DNA from: Pseudomonas aeruginosa PAO1
Lineage (GTDB): Bacteria; Pseudomonadota; Gammaproteobacteria; Pseudomonadales; Pseudomonadaceae
NCBI RefSeq assembly: GCF_000006765.1
Contig: NC_002516.2
Reading direction: 5' to 3' (one strand)
Length of the DNA stretch: 64,000 bases
Shown: positions 42,834 to 52,346 of the stretch, in pieces
Layout of the letters: each line of letters opens with the position of its first letter
Numbering within the stretch: position 1 is the stretch's first letter
The notes under the pieces: model-generated
The model's database searches: none
What the model was told of the DNA's origin: nothing
The model's input: only the letters and a program-made list of their open reading frames with translations
Program-made: the position numbers and the translations under genes

Positions 42834-42848
42834 GAAGGCTGGCGAGGC

Positions 42849-43871
42849 TTACTTCAGGGAGGTATCGAGGCGCGCGGCGACTTCGGCCGGCACCCAGTGG
42901 CTCCAGATTTCGCGATGCTGGCGAAGAAACTGCGCACGCACCTCGCCGACCTCGCGATGATTCTGCGCCATGTCGGCGAGCAGCTCGTTGAACAGCGGCA
43001 AGGGGATCTCGACCTTGCGGAACAGCTCGACCAACGCCGGCGCCTTGTCATGGAAATCGCGGGAAACGCCAACGGTGATCTTCGCCGGCAACGAGCGGGA
43101 ACCGATGGGGTCGGGGTTCTTCGGATCGGACAGGGTGGCCCAGGCCTTCTCGCTGAACGGCGGCTCTTCCAGTTGCACCAGCTTGAAACGGCCCATCAAC
43201 GGAGTCGGCGACCAATAGTAGAAAAGCACCGGCTCGCCGCGCCGGAAGGCCGCACTGATCGCCGCATCCAGCGCCGGGCCGGTGCCGGTGCGGAAGTTCG
43301 TGTAGCTGTCCTGCAACCTGTAGGCCTTGAGCTTCTGGCTGTTGACGATCTCGCAGGTCCAGCCGGTCGGGCAGTTGTAGAAACGCCCCTTGGCGGGCTC
43401 CTCGGGATCGCGGAATAGCGCCTTGTAGCGCGGCAGGTCGGCGACCGACCTCAACTCCGGCGCCTTCGCCTCGATGCCTCGTTGCGGGTCGCCCTTGACC
43501 AGGTACTCCGGCACCCACCAGCCCTCGGTGGCGCCCTTCACCGTCTCGCCGACGGAGAACACCTCGCCCGCCTCCTCCGCCGCGCGCCACACCGGGCTAC
43601 GCCCGGCCCATTGCTCCCCGGTGACCTGGATATCGTTCTGGCGCAGGGCGTTTTCCATGGTCACGGTATTGCCCGGCAGCGCGTCGGTCTCGCAGCCGTA
43701 GCCTTTTTCCAGTACGTAGCGCAACAGGTCGGTGGTGAACATGCCGCTTTCCCAGTTCAGCCCGGCGAACACCACTTTGCCCGGGTACGGGCATTCCGCC
43801 GCGACGGCGGTCTGGCTGGCGAGGCTGGCGCCCAGGGCGAGGACGGCGAGGATCTGGCGAAGCGGGGGCAT
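42849..43871 (-). CDS. Orphan betaine-type ABC substrate-binding protein (paralog of 33346-34314)
   Basis: Start MPPLRQIL (43871; alternative 43901); signal peptide; [24 protein letters not shown] shared with the paralog. Confidence 0.88.
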   Translation of the reverse strand: MPPLRQILAVLALGASLASQTAVAAECPYPGKVVFAGLNWESGMFTTDLLRYVLEKGYGCETDALPGNTVTMENALRQNDIQVTGEQWAGRSPVWRAAEEAGEVFSVGETVKGATEGWWVPEYLVKGDPQRGIEAKAPELRSVADLPRYKALFRDPEEPAKGRFYNCPTGWTCEIVNSQKLKAYRLQDSYTNFRTGTGPALDAAISAAFRRGEPVLFYYWSPTPLMGRFKLVQLEEPPFSEKAWATLSDPKNPDPIGSRSLPAKITVGVSRDFHDKAPALVELFRKVEIPLPLFNELLADMAQNHREVGEVRAQFLRQHREIWSHWVPAEVAARLDTSLK

Positions 43872-43960
43872 GCGGGTCTCCCGGTTGGAGTCGGACGGCA
43901 TGCGGAACTATATAGGCATTAAAAATATTGGATTAATAACGTTTGATTCTTTGGATAGAC

Positions 43961-43993
43961 AAAAGCGCCTACCCTTTCGGTGTAGACGCTTTT
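43961..43993 (-). terminator. Intrinsic terminator of hutCD
   Basis: Minus strand AAAAGCGTCTACACC-GAAA-GGGTAGGCGCTTTT hairpin, 19 bp after the hutD stop. Confidence 0.7.
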
Positions 43994-44012
43994 TCCTGGC
44001 GGCGCCGGCGAA

Positions 44013-44603
44013 TCACAGCGAATCGAGTTCCACCGCACAGACCCACGCCGGCTCGTGGGCCGTCAGGCGCCAATGCTGCAAGCCCTGCAGCCCCTCGGCG
44101 CACAGGCAGTCGTGGGCAGCCAGTTGCCCGCGAGGTTGCCCTTGCAAGGAAATCGCTACCCCGTCCTGCTGGGCGAACAGCAGCAGCGTGCTCGCCGTGC
44201 CGTGCCAGTCCAGCTCGCCCTCGACCCGCAGCCATTGCAGGCGCGCGCGATGGCGCCGGGGCGCATAGATCAGGTTGAAGTCGCGGATAGCTCCATCGAG
44301 CAGGGTGCAGTGCACCTCGCTGTCGCCGGAAAAGGCGAAGGCCTGCCGGGCGCGTAGCGGCGCGGATTCCGCGCCATCCACCCGCAGGCGCATGCCGCCG
44401 CCCTCCAGCACGCTGATGATCCGCTGGTAACCGGCGAAGCCGGAGAAGCCGCCGGACTCGCCGACATCGGCGATCGACAGGCGCCAGCCGAAGCCGTCCA
44501 GGCCGTCGCCGCCGTCGCGGGCGATCTCCTCGGTGGAGCCGGCGCCGTTCTTCCACGGCATTCTCGGGTAGTCGACGGCACGCAGGATGCGGAGTTCGCT
44601 CAT
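44013..44603 (-). CDS. hutD: HutD-family protein
   Basis: Start MSELRILRA (44603) overlapping the hutC stop; MPWKNGAGSTEEI, WRLSIADV, FSGFAGYQR, DFNLI. Confidence 0.92.
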   Translation of the reverse strand: MSELRILRAVDYPRMPWKNGAGSTEEIARDGGDGLDGFGWRLSIADVGESGGFSGFAGYQRIISVLEGGGMRLRVDGAESAPLRARQAFAFSGDSEVHCTLLDGAIRDFNLIYAPRRHRARLQWLRVEGELDWHGTASTLLLFAQQDGVAISLQGQPRGQLAAHDCLCAEGLQGLQHWRLTAHEPAWVCAVELDSL

Positions 44604-45352
44604 GAGCTGAAACGTCCTTCCAGACGGTGGCGGGAACCCGGGTGCAGCAGCCGCGCGGCGGTCACCGCGACACGCCCGGACCATGTGCGGCGGCGGATCA
44701 GCAGGCACGGCTCGCCGCGTTCGATCTGCAACAGCTTGCACTCGGCCGGCTCGGCGAGGATCGCCTCGACCACATGCTCGCCCTCGGTGAGCGGCGCCAC
44801 CTGGGTCAGGTAGGCATAGGGCGTTTGCCGGGTGAAATCCTGCTTGAGGTAGTCCGGCGCCACCGCGGCGTTCACGTAGCGGTCCTCGATCTGCACCGGG
44901 ATATCGTTCTCGTAGTGCACGATCAGCGAGTGGAACACCCGCTGGCCTTCGCGCACATCCAGTGCCAGGGCGCGCTCGGGGCCGGCGACCTCCTCGCCGA
45001 GGGTGATCACCTGGCAACGATGGCGATGCCCGCGGGCCGCGATCTCGTCGGCGATGTTGTGCACCTCGAACAGCGCCGACTGGCCCTTGGGCTCGGCGAC
45101 GAAGGTTCCTACCCCCTGCATGCGCACCAGCAGGCCGTCGCTGGTCAGTTCGCGCAGGGCGCGATTGATGGTCATGCGACTGAAGCCGAGCTGGCTGACC
45201 AGTTCGCTCTCGGACGGCACCCGGTGGTGCGGCGGCCAGGCGCCCGACTGGATCTGGCTGACGATCATCTGCTTGACCCGCGCGTAGAGCGGCGCCGGTA
45301 CCTCGCCGAGTTGCGAGGCCAGCGGGGAACGATCGGAGGAAGAGGACGTCAC
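44600..45352 (-). CDS. hutC: Histidine utilisation repressor (GntR/UTRA)
   Basis: 250 aa; PSESEL, SRMTINRAL, QGVGTFV, EHVVEA, RRTWS. Confidence 0.95.
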   Translation of the reverse strand: MTSSSSDRSPLASQLGEVPAPLYARVKQMIVSQIQSGAWPPHHRVPSESELVSQLGFSRMTINRALRELTSDGLLVRMQGVGTFVAEPKGQSALFEVHNIADEIAARGHRHRCQVITLGEEVAGPERALALDVREGQRVFHSLIVHYENDIPVQIEDRYVNAAVAPDYLKQDFTRQTPYAYLTQVAPLTEGEHVVEAILAEPAECKLLQIERGEPCLLIRRRTWSGRVAVTAARLLHPGSRHRLEGRFSS

Positions 45353-45408
45353 GGAGAGACTCCTTGTCGAGGCGTCGATGAAGTGAGTTTACGCACCGCT
45401 TAATCGTC

Positions 45409-45430
45409 TGTATATGTATATACAAATAAA
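45409..45430. promoter_or_regulatory. HutC operator between divergent hutC and hutF
   Basis: TGTATATGTA-TA-TACAAATAAA with perfect TGTATATACA core (45415-45424), similar to the hutU operator. Confidence 0.75.
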
Positions 45431-45452
45431 ACAGACTGCGTGTGAGCTGATT

Positions 45453-46814
45453 ATGTCCGCAATTTTCGCTGAACGTGCGTTGCTGCCGGAAGGCTGGGCG
45501 CGAAATGTCCGTTTCGAGATTTCCGCGGACGGAGTCCTCGCCGAGATTCGTCCCGACGCCAACGCCGACGGCGCCGAACGCCTCGGCGGCGCCGTGCTGC
45601 CGGGGATGCCCAACCTCCATTCGCACGCGTTCCAGCGCGCCATGGCCGGGCTCGCCGAAGTCGCCGGCAATCCCAACGACAGTTTCTGGACCTGGCGCGA
45701 GCTGATGTACCGGATGGTCGCTCGACTGTCGCCGGAACAGATCGAGGTCATCGCCTGCCAGCTCTACATCGAGATGCTCAAGGCCGGCTACACCGCGGTG
45801 GCGGAATTCCACTACGTCCATCACGACCTCGACGGCCGCTCCTACGCCGACCCCGCCGAACTTTCCCTGCGCATCTCCCGCGCCGCCAGCGCCGCAGGTA
45901 TCGGCCTGACCCTGCTGCCCGTGCTTTACAGTCACGCAGGCTTCGGCGGCCAGCCGGCCAGCGAGGGCCAGCGGCGCTTCATCAATGGCAGCGAGGCCTA
46001 CCTGGAACTGCTCCAGCGCCTGCGCGCGCCGCTGGAGGCGGCAGGCCACTCCCTGGGCCTGTGCTTCCACTCCCTGCGCGCGGTGACTCCGCAGCAGATC
46101 GCCACGGTCCTCGCCGCCGGCCACGACGACCTGCCGGTCCACATCCATATCGCCGAACAGCAGAAGGAAGTCGACGACTGCCAGGCCTGGAGCGGACGCC
46201 GGCCGTTGCAATGGCTGTACGAGAACGTCGCGGTCGACCAGCGCTGGTGCCTGGTCCATGCGACCCACGCCGACCCCGCCGAGGTGGCGGCGATGGCGCG
46301 TAGCGGCGCGGTGGCCGGCCTGTGCCTGAGCACCGAGGCCAACCTCGGCGACGGCATCTTCCCGGCGACGGACTTCCTCGCCCAGGGCGGGCGCCTGGGC
46401 ATCGGCTCGGACAGCCACGTCTCGCTCAGCGTGGTCGAGGAACTCCGCTGGCTGGAATACGGCCAGCGCCTGCGTGACCGGAAACGCAACCGGCTGTACC
46501 GCGACGACCAGCCGATGATCGGCCGCACGCTCTACGACGCTGCTCTGGCTGGCGGCGCCCAGGCCCTTGGGCAGCCGATCGGTAGTCTCGCCGTGGGCCG
46601 TCGCGCCGACCTGCTGGTGCTCGACGGCAACGACCCCTACCTGGCCAGCGCCGAGGGCGACGCCCTGCTCAACCGCTGGCTGTTCGCCGGCGGCGACCGC
46701 CAGGTGCGCGACGTGATGGTGGCCGGCAGATGGGTGGTGCGCGACGGCCGGCATGCAGGGGAAGAACGCAGCGCACGGGCATTCGTCCAGGTGCTGGGGG
46801 AACTGCTCGACTGA
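45453..46814 (+). CDS. hutF: Formiminoglutamate deiminase
   Basis: Start MSAIFAE (45453), 453 aa; PNLHSHAFQR, EFHYVHH, HIHIAEQ, TEANLGDG, IGSDSH. Confidence 0.94.
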   Translation: MSAIFAERALLPEGWARNVRFEISADGVLAEIRPDANADGAERLGGAVLPGMPNLHSHAFQRAMAGLAEVAGNPNDSFWTWRELMYRMVARLSPEQIEVIACQLYIEMLKAGYTAVAEFHYVHHDLDGRSYADPAELSLRISRAASAAGIGLTLLPVLYSHAGFGGQPASEGQRRFINGSEAYLELLQRLRAPLEAAGHSLGLCFHSLRAVTPQQIATVLAAGHDDLPVHIHIAEQQKEVDDCQAWSGRRPLQWLYENVAVDQRWCLVHATHADPAEVAAMARSGAVAGLCLSTEANLGDGIFPATDFLAQGGRLGIGSDSHVSLSVVEELRWLEYGQRLRDRKRNRLYRDDQPMIGRTLYDAALAGGAQALGQPIGSLAVGRRADLLVLDGNDPYLASAEGDALLNRWLFAGGDRQVRDVMVAGRWVVRDGRHAGEERSARAFVQVLGELLD

Positions 46815-46825
46815 CCCTGCACAGC

Positions 46826-46858
46826 GGCGGATAACCGCGTTGCGCTTGCTTATCCGCC
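46826..46858. repeat. REP-like inverted repeat
   Basis: GGCGGATAA...TTATCCGCC between convergent hutF and blc; resembles the P. aeruginosa GGCGGATAAC REP class. Confidence 0.65.
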
Positions 46859-46930
46859 CCACTCGTTCGAGCCGTCGGGCGCTAAACGCCGATACTTCCC
46901 ACGCCAGCCGCCAGGCGTGAACGGCGCTGG

Positions 46931-46957
46931 AAAGAAAAAACGCCCCGGCGGGGCGTT
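46931..46957 (-). terminator. Intrinsic terminator after blc
   Basis: Minus strand AACGCCCC-GCC-GGGGCGTT followed by TTTTCTTT. Confidence 0.75.
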
Positions 46958-46960
46958 CCT

Positions 46961-47530
46961 TCACTGGCTCCGCTTCAACTGGCCGTCGGGTACCCGCCAG
47001 ATCAGCTCGTCCACCGCGTAACCGCGGCTGCGCGCTTCTTCCAGCAGACGTTCGCGGGTCTGCTGCGAAACCTGCGGGGTACGCGACAGCAGCCACAGGT
47101 ATTCACGGTTCGGATTGCCCACCAGCGCGGTACGGTAGTCGTCGTCCACCGCCAGCACCCAATAGTCGCCGCGCGCCACGTTGGGGAAGAGATTGGCGAA
47201 CCAGTTGTCGAAGCGCACCCACAACTTGTCGGTGCGACCCGGCTGCTGGGCGACCGCCCGCCCCGCCACCTGCTCCCAGTCGCCATCCAGGGTCAGGCAG
47301 CGATTGATCACCTGGATGCTCTGGTCTTCCTGCAAGCGGTAATGCGCCTCCGATTGCGCGCAGTTGCGCTGGAAGAACATCGGCAAGCGCGCCAGTTCGT
47401 ACCAGGTGCCCTGGTAGCGCTGGAGGTCGACCTGCTCGGTGGCCGGCGGATTCTTCGGCGAGCCCGCGCAACCGACCAGCAGCAAGCCCAGCCACAGGGT
47501 GCAGAGCACCCGGATCGGCAGACCGATCAC
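46961..47530 (-). CDS. blc: Outer-membrane lipoprotein lipocalin Blc
   Basis: GTG start 47530 (189 aa); lipobox LLVGC, VDLQRYQGTWYELAR, DYWVL, YLWLLSRTP. Confidence 0.9.
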   Translation of the reverse strand: MIGLPIRVLCTLWLGLLLVGCAGSPKNPPATEQVDLQRYQGTWYELARLPMFFQRNCAQSEAHYRLQEDQSIQVINRCLTLDGDWEQVAGRAVAQQPGRTDKLWVRFDNWFANLFPNVARGDYWVLAVDDDYRTALVGNPNREYLWLLSRTPQVSQQTRERLLEEARSRGYAVDELIWRVPDGQLKRSQ

Positions 47531-47784
47531 TTGAGCCCCTGGCCGGAGAAGAGCAGCGCCTTGTCGGCCGCGTACTGCACGCTGATGAAAGCCTTCTCGT
47601 CGCCCCAGGTGCAACTGGACATGCCCAGCGCGCCGGAGCACTCGGTGGGCTTGCCGAGGATCGCCTCGACCTCGGCCTTGCTCATGCCGGCCTTGAGCTT
47701 GGAATAGTTTTCCTGGTTGATCTTGCTGCAGGCGGCCAGGACGACGCAGAAAGCGACCACGGCCAGGGTACGGAACGACGCCAT
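47527..47784 (-). CDS. Small lipoprotein (SmpA/OmlA-like fold)
   Basis: Start MASFRTL (47784), 85 aa; lipobox LAAC; GMSKAEVEAILGKP motif. Confidence 0.8.
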   Translation of the reverse strand: MASFRTLAVVAFCVVLAACSKINQENYSKLKAGMSKAEVEAILGKPTECSGALGMSSCTWGDEKAFISVQYAADKALLFSGQGLK

Positions 47785-47856
47785 GAGGAACTCCTTGTTC
47801 GGGGGAAGCGCTGCCCTACAGCTTGGCACACGCGGGGGAAATCCGGAGCCTTGGAG

Positions 47857-48459
47857 TCAGAAACGCGAACCGGGTTCCCTGAGGAACGCCGTCTCCTCCT
47901 CGCTGGAGGGGCGGCCGAGAATGGCGTTGCGATGGGGAAAGCGACCGAAGCGGGCGACTACCGCATGATGCCGCTCGGCATAGTCGTAGAAATCGTCGAA
48001 GGGCTTGCGCACGCTGCCACCGACCTGATCGCGCAGGTCGCGGAAGCAGGCTACCGCCCGCTCCTGGCTGGGCAGGTCCTCGGCGTGCTCCAGGACCAGG
48101 TAGGCGAACACCCGGCGCACCGGCGGCAACTGGCGGTCGAAGCCTTTTTCCAGGCCCTCGCGCACCACCCGTTGCGCCCGGGCGTCGCCGGCGTAGGCGC
48201 GCGGCGTGTCGCGGTAGATCATCCGCGGCAACTGGTCGAGCAACAGGATCAGCGCCAGCCAGCCATCGGCCTCGGCCGTCCACTCCTGCAAGCCGCCGTC
48301 CAGCGCCTGGTTCACCAGGTCGCCGAAACGGCCGCCGGCATCGGCGTCCTGGCAGACGTTCTTGCCGAACCACAGGCCGTTGCGCTGGGCAACCACCTCG
48401 GCGGCATCGCTGGAGGTGCCGAACCACCAGTCGAGCAAGGTCTCCCAGGGCGCGCTCAT
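47857..48459 (-). CDS. DUF924-family protein
   Basis: Start MSAPWETLL (48459), 200 aa; LILLLDQLPR.IYR, LEHAED, RFGRFPHRNAILGR. Confidence 0.85.
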   Translation of the reverse strand: MSAPWETLLDWWFGTSSDAAEVVAQRNGLWFGKNVCQDADAGGRFGDLVNQALDGGLQEWTAEADGWLALILLLDQLPRMIYRDTPRAYAGDARAQRVVREGLEKGFDRQLPPVRRVFAYLVLEHAEDLPSQERAVACFRDLRDQVGGSVRKPFDDFYDYAERHHAVVARFGRFPHRNAILGRPSSEEETAFLREPGSRF

Positions 48460-48463
48460 CGGC

Positions 48464-49474
48464 CTACTCCGCGTGGTAGCCGGTGATGCGCTCGACTTCC
48501 TGCTTCGAGCCGAGGAACACCGCGACACGCTGGTGCAGGTTCTCCGGCTTGATGTCGAGGATGCGCTGGGTGCCGTTGGTGGCGGCGCCGCCGGCCTGCT
48601 CGATGATGAACGACATCGGGTTGGCTTCGTACATCAGGCGCAGCTTGCCGGGCTTCTCCGGCTCGCGGGCGTCGCGCGGGTACATGAAGACGCCGCCACG
48701 GGTCAGGATGCGGTGGACGTCGGCGACCATCGAGGCGATCCAGCGCATGTTGTAGTTCTTGCCCAGCGGGCCTTCCTTGCCGGCCAGCAGTTCTTCCACG
48801 TAGCGTTTCACCGGCGCTTCCCAGTGGCGCTGGTTGGACATGTTGATGGCGAACTCGGCGGTGCTTTCCGGCACGCTGATGTTGTCGTGGGTGAGGACGA
48901 AGCTGCCCAGCTCGCGATCCAGGGTGAAGCCCTTGACGCCATTGCCGAGGGTCAGCATCAGCATGGTCTGCGGGCCGTAGATGGCGTAGCCGGCGGCGAC
49001 CTGGGTGGTGCCCGGCTGGAGGAAGGCTTCCTCGCGCAGGGTATCGTTCTGGTTCAGGTACTCGTTGGGGCAGCGCAGCACCGAGAAGATGGTGCCGACC
49101 GAGACGTTGACGTCGATGTTGCTGGAGCCGTCCAGCGGGTCGAAGACCAACAGGTAGGCGCCTTTCGGATAGCGCCCCGGAATCTGGTAGGGGTGGTCCA
49201 TCTCCTCGGAGGCCATGCCGGCCAGGTTGCCGGCCCATTCGTTGGCTTCCAGCAGGATCTCGTTGGACATCACGTCCAGCTTCTTCTGCACCTCGCCCTG
49301 CACGTTCTCGGTGCCCATGCTGCCGAGCACGCCGCCCAGCGCGCCCTTGGACACCGCATGGCTGATTTCCTTGCAGGCACGCGCCACGACCTCGATGAGG
49401 AAGCGCAGGTCGGCCGGGGTGTTGTGGCTGCGGGTCTGCTCGATCAGATAGCGGCTCAGGGTAACGCGGGACAT
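48464..49474 (-). CDS. fbp: Fructose-1,6-bisphosphatase class 1
   Basis: Start MSRVTLS (49474), 336 aa; [32 protein letters not shown]. Confidence 0.96.
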   Translation of the reverse strand: MSRVTLSRYLIEQTRSHNTPADLRFLIEVVARACKEISHAVSKGALGGVLGSMGTENVQGEVQKKLDVMSNEILLEANEWAGNLAGMASEEMDHPYQIPGRYPKGAYLLVFDPLDGSSNIDVNVSVGTIFSVLRCPNEYLNQNDTLREEAFLQPGTTQVAAGYAIYGPQTMLMLTLGNGVKGFTLDRELGSFVLTHDNISVPESTAEFAINMSNQRHWEAPVKRYVEELLAGKEGPLGKNYNMRWIASMVADVHRILTRGGVFMYPRDAREPEKPGKLRLMYEANPMSFIIEQAGGAATNGTQRILDIKPENLHQRVAVFLGSKQEVERITGYHAE

Positions 49475-49613
49475 GGATGGCTCCGGAGAGAGGAAAAAAC
49501 CCGCGCAGTTTAACGCGGAATTGGCGGTCACGCTTGACTCCGCGCAACCGCCGGTTGGAGATCGGCGGCGGTGGCGCGGTTCATTTCCGCGGCGCGCAGC
49601 CGATCGACGGTCG

Positions 49614-50144
49614 TCAGCCGCGTCCCATCTCGCCGTTCAGGCTGGCCTGGACGATTTCCACCCAGTAGCCGTCGGGATCGCTGATGAAGGCCACGTTCTT
49701 CATGCCTCGGTCCAGCGGCTTGACGAAGTTCACCCCGAGCGTCTCGAAACGCTCGCAGGCCGCCACCAGGTCGGGCACCGAGAAGCAGATGTGGCCGAAC
49801 CCGCGCGGGTCCTGGTTGCCGTTGTGGTACTGGCTGTCGTCGCTCTCGCTGCCCCAGTTGTGGGTCAGCTCGAGGACCGACTGGCGTCCGAAGGTATATC
49901 GCTGGCGCTCGTCAACCGCATCAGGCACTTCTTCGCCACGGGTCATGGCGAGGAAATACAGGGAGAAGCGGCCTTCCTCGAAATCCAGGCGACGCAGCAG
50001 GCGCATGCCGAGCACCCGCGAGTAGAAGTCGAGCGAGCGCTTCGGATCCTTGACCCGCAACATGGTGTGGTTGAACACGTATTCCTGGGTGATGGCGTCC
50101 GGCTCCATGCAGATGCCGGGCTGTACTTCGGTGTTGAAACTCAT
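49614..50144 (-). CDS. gloA3: Lactoylglutathione lyase (glyoxalase I, long Zn-type form)
   Basis: 176 aa; [33 protein letters not shown]. Confidence 0.9.
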   Translation of the reverse strand: MSFNTEVQPGICMEPDAITQEYVFNHTMLRVKDPKRSLDFYSRVLGMRLLRRLDFEEGRFSLYFLAMTRGEEVPDAVDERQRYTFGRQSVLELTHNWGSESDDSQYHNGNQDPRGFGHICFSVPDLVAACERFETLGVNFVKPLDRGMKNVAFISDPDGYWVEIVQASLNGEMGRG

Positions 50145-50297
50145 CGGGCGATTCCCTCGAACGAAACGGATCGGCAGTGTATGGCGGTCGACCGGGCGGC
50201 GAGTAACAGCGGGGTACTACTCTCTTGATGCCGGCGCGCGCCGATCGTTCCGTCGACGGGAAACGCGACCGGCGCCGACCGGGCGCCGGCCGCCGTT

Positions 50298-52238
50298 TCA
50301 GAAGTCCAGGCTCAGCGCCAGGCTGACGCTCTGCTGGGTATCGTCCTCGCCCTTGCGCCAGTTGTAGCCGCCGCGCAGCGACAGCTCCGGCGCCAGCTTC
50401 TGGCTGAAGCCGAGTGAGACGCGGTTGAGATGGTCCTGCGGGGTGTAGCCTTCGAGGGTGAAGCGATTGCCCGGCAGGCTGTTGAGGGACATGGTCAGGT
50501 CCTGGGTGTCGTCCTCGTACTCACGTTCGTGGGCGTACTCGGCGAACAGCTGGGTATCGCTGCCGAACGCGTACTTGCCTTGCAGGCCGGCGCCCAGGCG
50601 CTTCGAGCTGCGCTTCTGGTCGTCGTAGTCGAGCGCGGTGGCGCTGGCGCCCTTCTCGGAATAGCCGTCGACCTCGACCCGTGCATAGTCGGCGCTGACG
50701 AACGGCGACAGGTGCCAGGGACTGTCGGCCTGCTGGGCGATGTCGTAGCCCAGGCGCGCGCTGAACGCCCACAGGTGGCCGTTGGTGTCGCCTTTCTCGC
50801 TGCGCTCGCCGCCGCCCAGGGCGAACTTGCGCTTCAGGTCGTCGTAGTCGAGGTAGCCGCCGGTCAACGCCGCGTCGGCCCACCAGCGGTTTTCCTGGTA
50901 CTGCACGAAGGCGCTGGCCATGTAGCTGTTCATCCGGTAGTCGGAATCCTTGGCGCCGGCTTCCAGCTTCTGCCGGTAGAAACCGGCGGCGACCCCGGCG
51001 CGCCAGGCCTCGTCGATGCGGTAGCTGCCACCAAGGGTCAGGTTGTAGCCGTTGCCGTCGCCGCTGGCGGCGCTGTCCTGGGAGTCGAAGTCCAGGCGCT
51101 GGCCACCGCCGCCGACGAAGCCGCGCCACTGGCCGACGTTCTGCCAGTTCTCCCAGTCCGCCTGCCACTGGCTGCGCAGTTCGTCCTGGTAGGCACGCAG
51201 GGTGCCGTGGGCCATTTCCGGCAGCAGGGTCAGCTCCCAGGGCGCCGACAGCAGCGAATAGGTGTAGTCGGCGATCAGGCGCTGGCCGGTGATGGTCGGG
51301 TGCACGCTGTCGTTGAACAGCAATTTGCTCGGGTCGGGCGTGCTGCCGTTGATCCCGTAGGTCGGGTTCATGGTGCAGCCGTTGCCGCTGAAACAGGTGC
51401 CGATCAGGTTCTGGTCGGCGGCCAGGCCGAAGGAAGCCGGGTTGGCCATGCCTTCCTTGAGCAGCAGCGGGATGTTCAACGGAATGACGTTGGCGCCGGC
51501 CTGGCTCAACTGGGCGGTCAGCTCGGCGTTGAACGTGCCGCTGAGTTGGCTGGCGAAAGGCTGCAAGGGACCACCGAAGGTAGCCGGGGTCAGGCCCAGG
51601 TCGGGCAACAGCCAGACCACGATGTAGCGCGCGCCGGCCTGCTGCAGGGCCTGCACGCTATCCACCAGGCGACCGGCGGCCTGTTGGGCCTGGACGTCGT
51701 TGAGGATGCGCCCCTGGAGAAAGTCGTTGCCGCCGCCGGTGATGTAGTACAACGCGTTCGGGTCGGCACCCAGGCCCTGGCGGGCACGGTCCACCAGGTA
51801 GCCATCGCGGCTGCGCAGGAGGGTATTGTCGCGCTCGATCAGCGAGCCGTTGGCCGCGGTGATCGAGTCGTAGATCTGATCGGTCCGGTAGCCGCCCACC
51901 GCCCAGTTGTTGCCGTCGGCGATGCCCTGCTGGGCGTTGACCGGCGAGGTCGAGGCAGCCAGGTCACCCGGGGCGATGCCGAGCTGATTGCCGAGCAGCA
52001 TGGGCGCGGTCGGTCCGAAGATCTCGCCGCTGCCGTTCTGGTAGGTCGGGCCGACCCGGTTGGTGAAACGCGAGGTGCTTCCGGCGGGGCCGGCAGGATC
52101 GGGGAACTGCCCGGCATCGCTGAGGCTGTCGCCGAACACCACCAGCGTCGAATAGGGCGAAGGAGCAGCCTGCGGGGCGGTGGACAGCGAAGCCAGCAGG
52201 CAGGCCGCTACCAGTGGCTTGAGCGCCATTCTGATCAT
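50298..52238 (-). CDS. estA: Autotransporter GDSL esterase
   Basis: Start MIRMALK (52238), 646 aa; FGDSLSD, GGNDF, DSVHP, C-terminal beta-barrel ending LSLDF. Confidence 0.96.
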   Translation of the reverse strand: MIRMALKPLVAACLLASLSTAPQAAPSPYSTLVVFGDSLSDAGQFPDPAGPAGSTSRFTNRVGPTYQNGSGEIFGPTAPMLLGNQLGIAPGDLAASTSPVNAQQGIADGNNWAVGGYRTDQIYDSITAANGSLIERDNTLLRSRDGYLVDRARQGLGADPNALYYITGGGNDFLQGRILNDVQAQQAAGRLVDSVQALQQAGARYIVVWLLPDLGLTPATFGGPLQPFASQLSGTFNAELTAQLSQAGANVIPLNIPLLLKEGMANPASFGLAADQNLIGTCFSGNGCTMNPTYGINGSTPDPSKLLFNDSVHPTITGQRLIADYTYSLLSAPWELTLLPEMAHGTLRAYQDELRSQWQADWENWQNVGQWRGFVGGGGQRLDFDSQDSAASGDGNGYNLTLGGSYRIDEAWRAGVAAGFYRQKLEAGAKDSDYRMNSYMASAFVQYQENRWWADAALTGGYLDYDDLKRKFALGGGERSEKGDTNGHLWAFSARLGYDIAQQADSPWHLSPFVSADYARVEVDGYSEKGASATALDYDDQKRSSKRLGAGLQGKYAFGSDTQLFAEYAHEREYEDDTQDLTMSLNSLPGNRFTLEGYTPQDHLNRVSLGFSQKLAPELSLRGGYNWRKGEDDTQQSVSLALSLDF

Positions 52239-52346
52239 TCTCTTACTCCATGATTTGTTTTTATTGTCGGGCCGCCGCGTCGTCGGCATGCGCCCCGGGG
52301 CCCGTCGTAAAGCCTCCTCAGCCGAACAGCATAGCGCGGAACCGGC

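Noticed and set aside
44013-47096. 1027-aa ORF suggesting a giant HutD fusion
   Set aside because: HutD begins at 44603 with an ATGA overlap on hutC; the rest overlaps hutC out of frame and hutF antisense.
52254-52267. A-rich CA motif in the estA leader as a novelty
   Set aside because: The motif is real (AATAAAAA on the minus strand), but estA is, to my recollection, an already described Hfq/Crc target.
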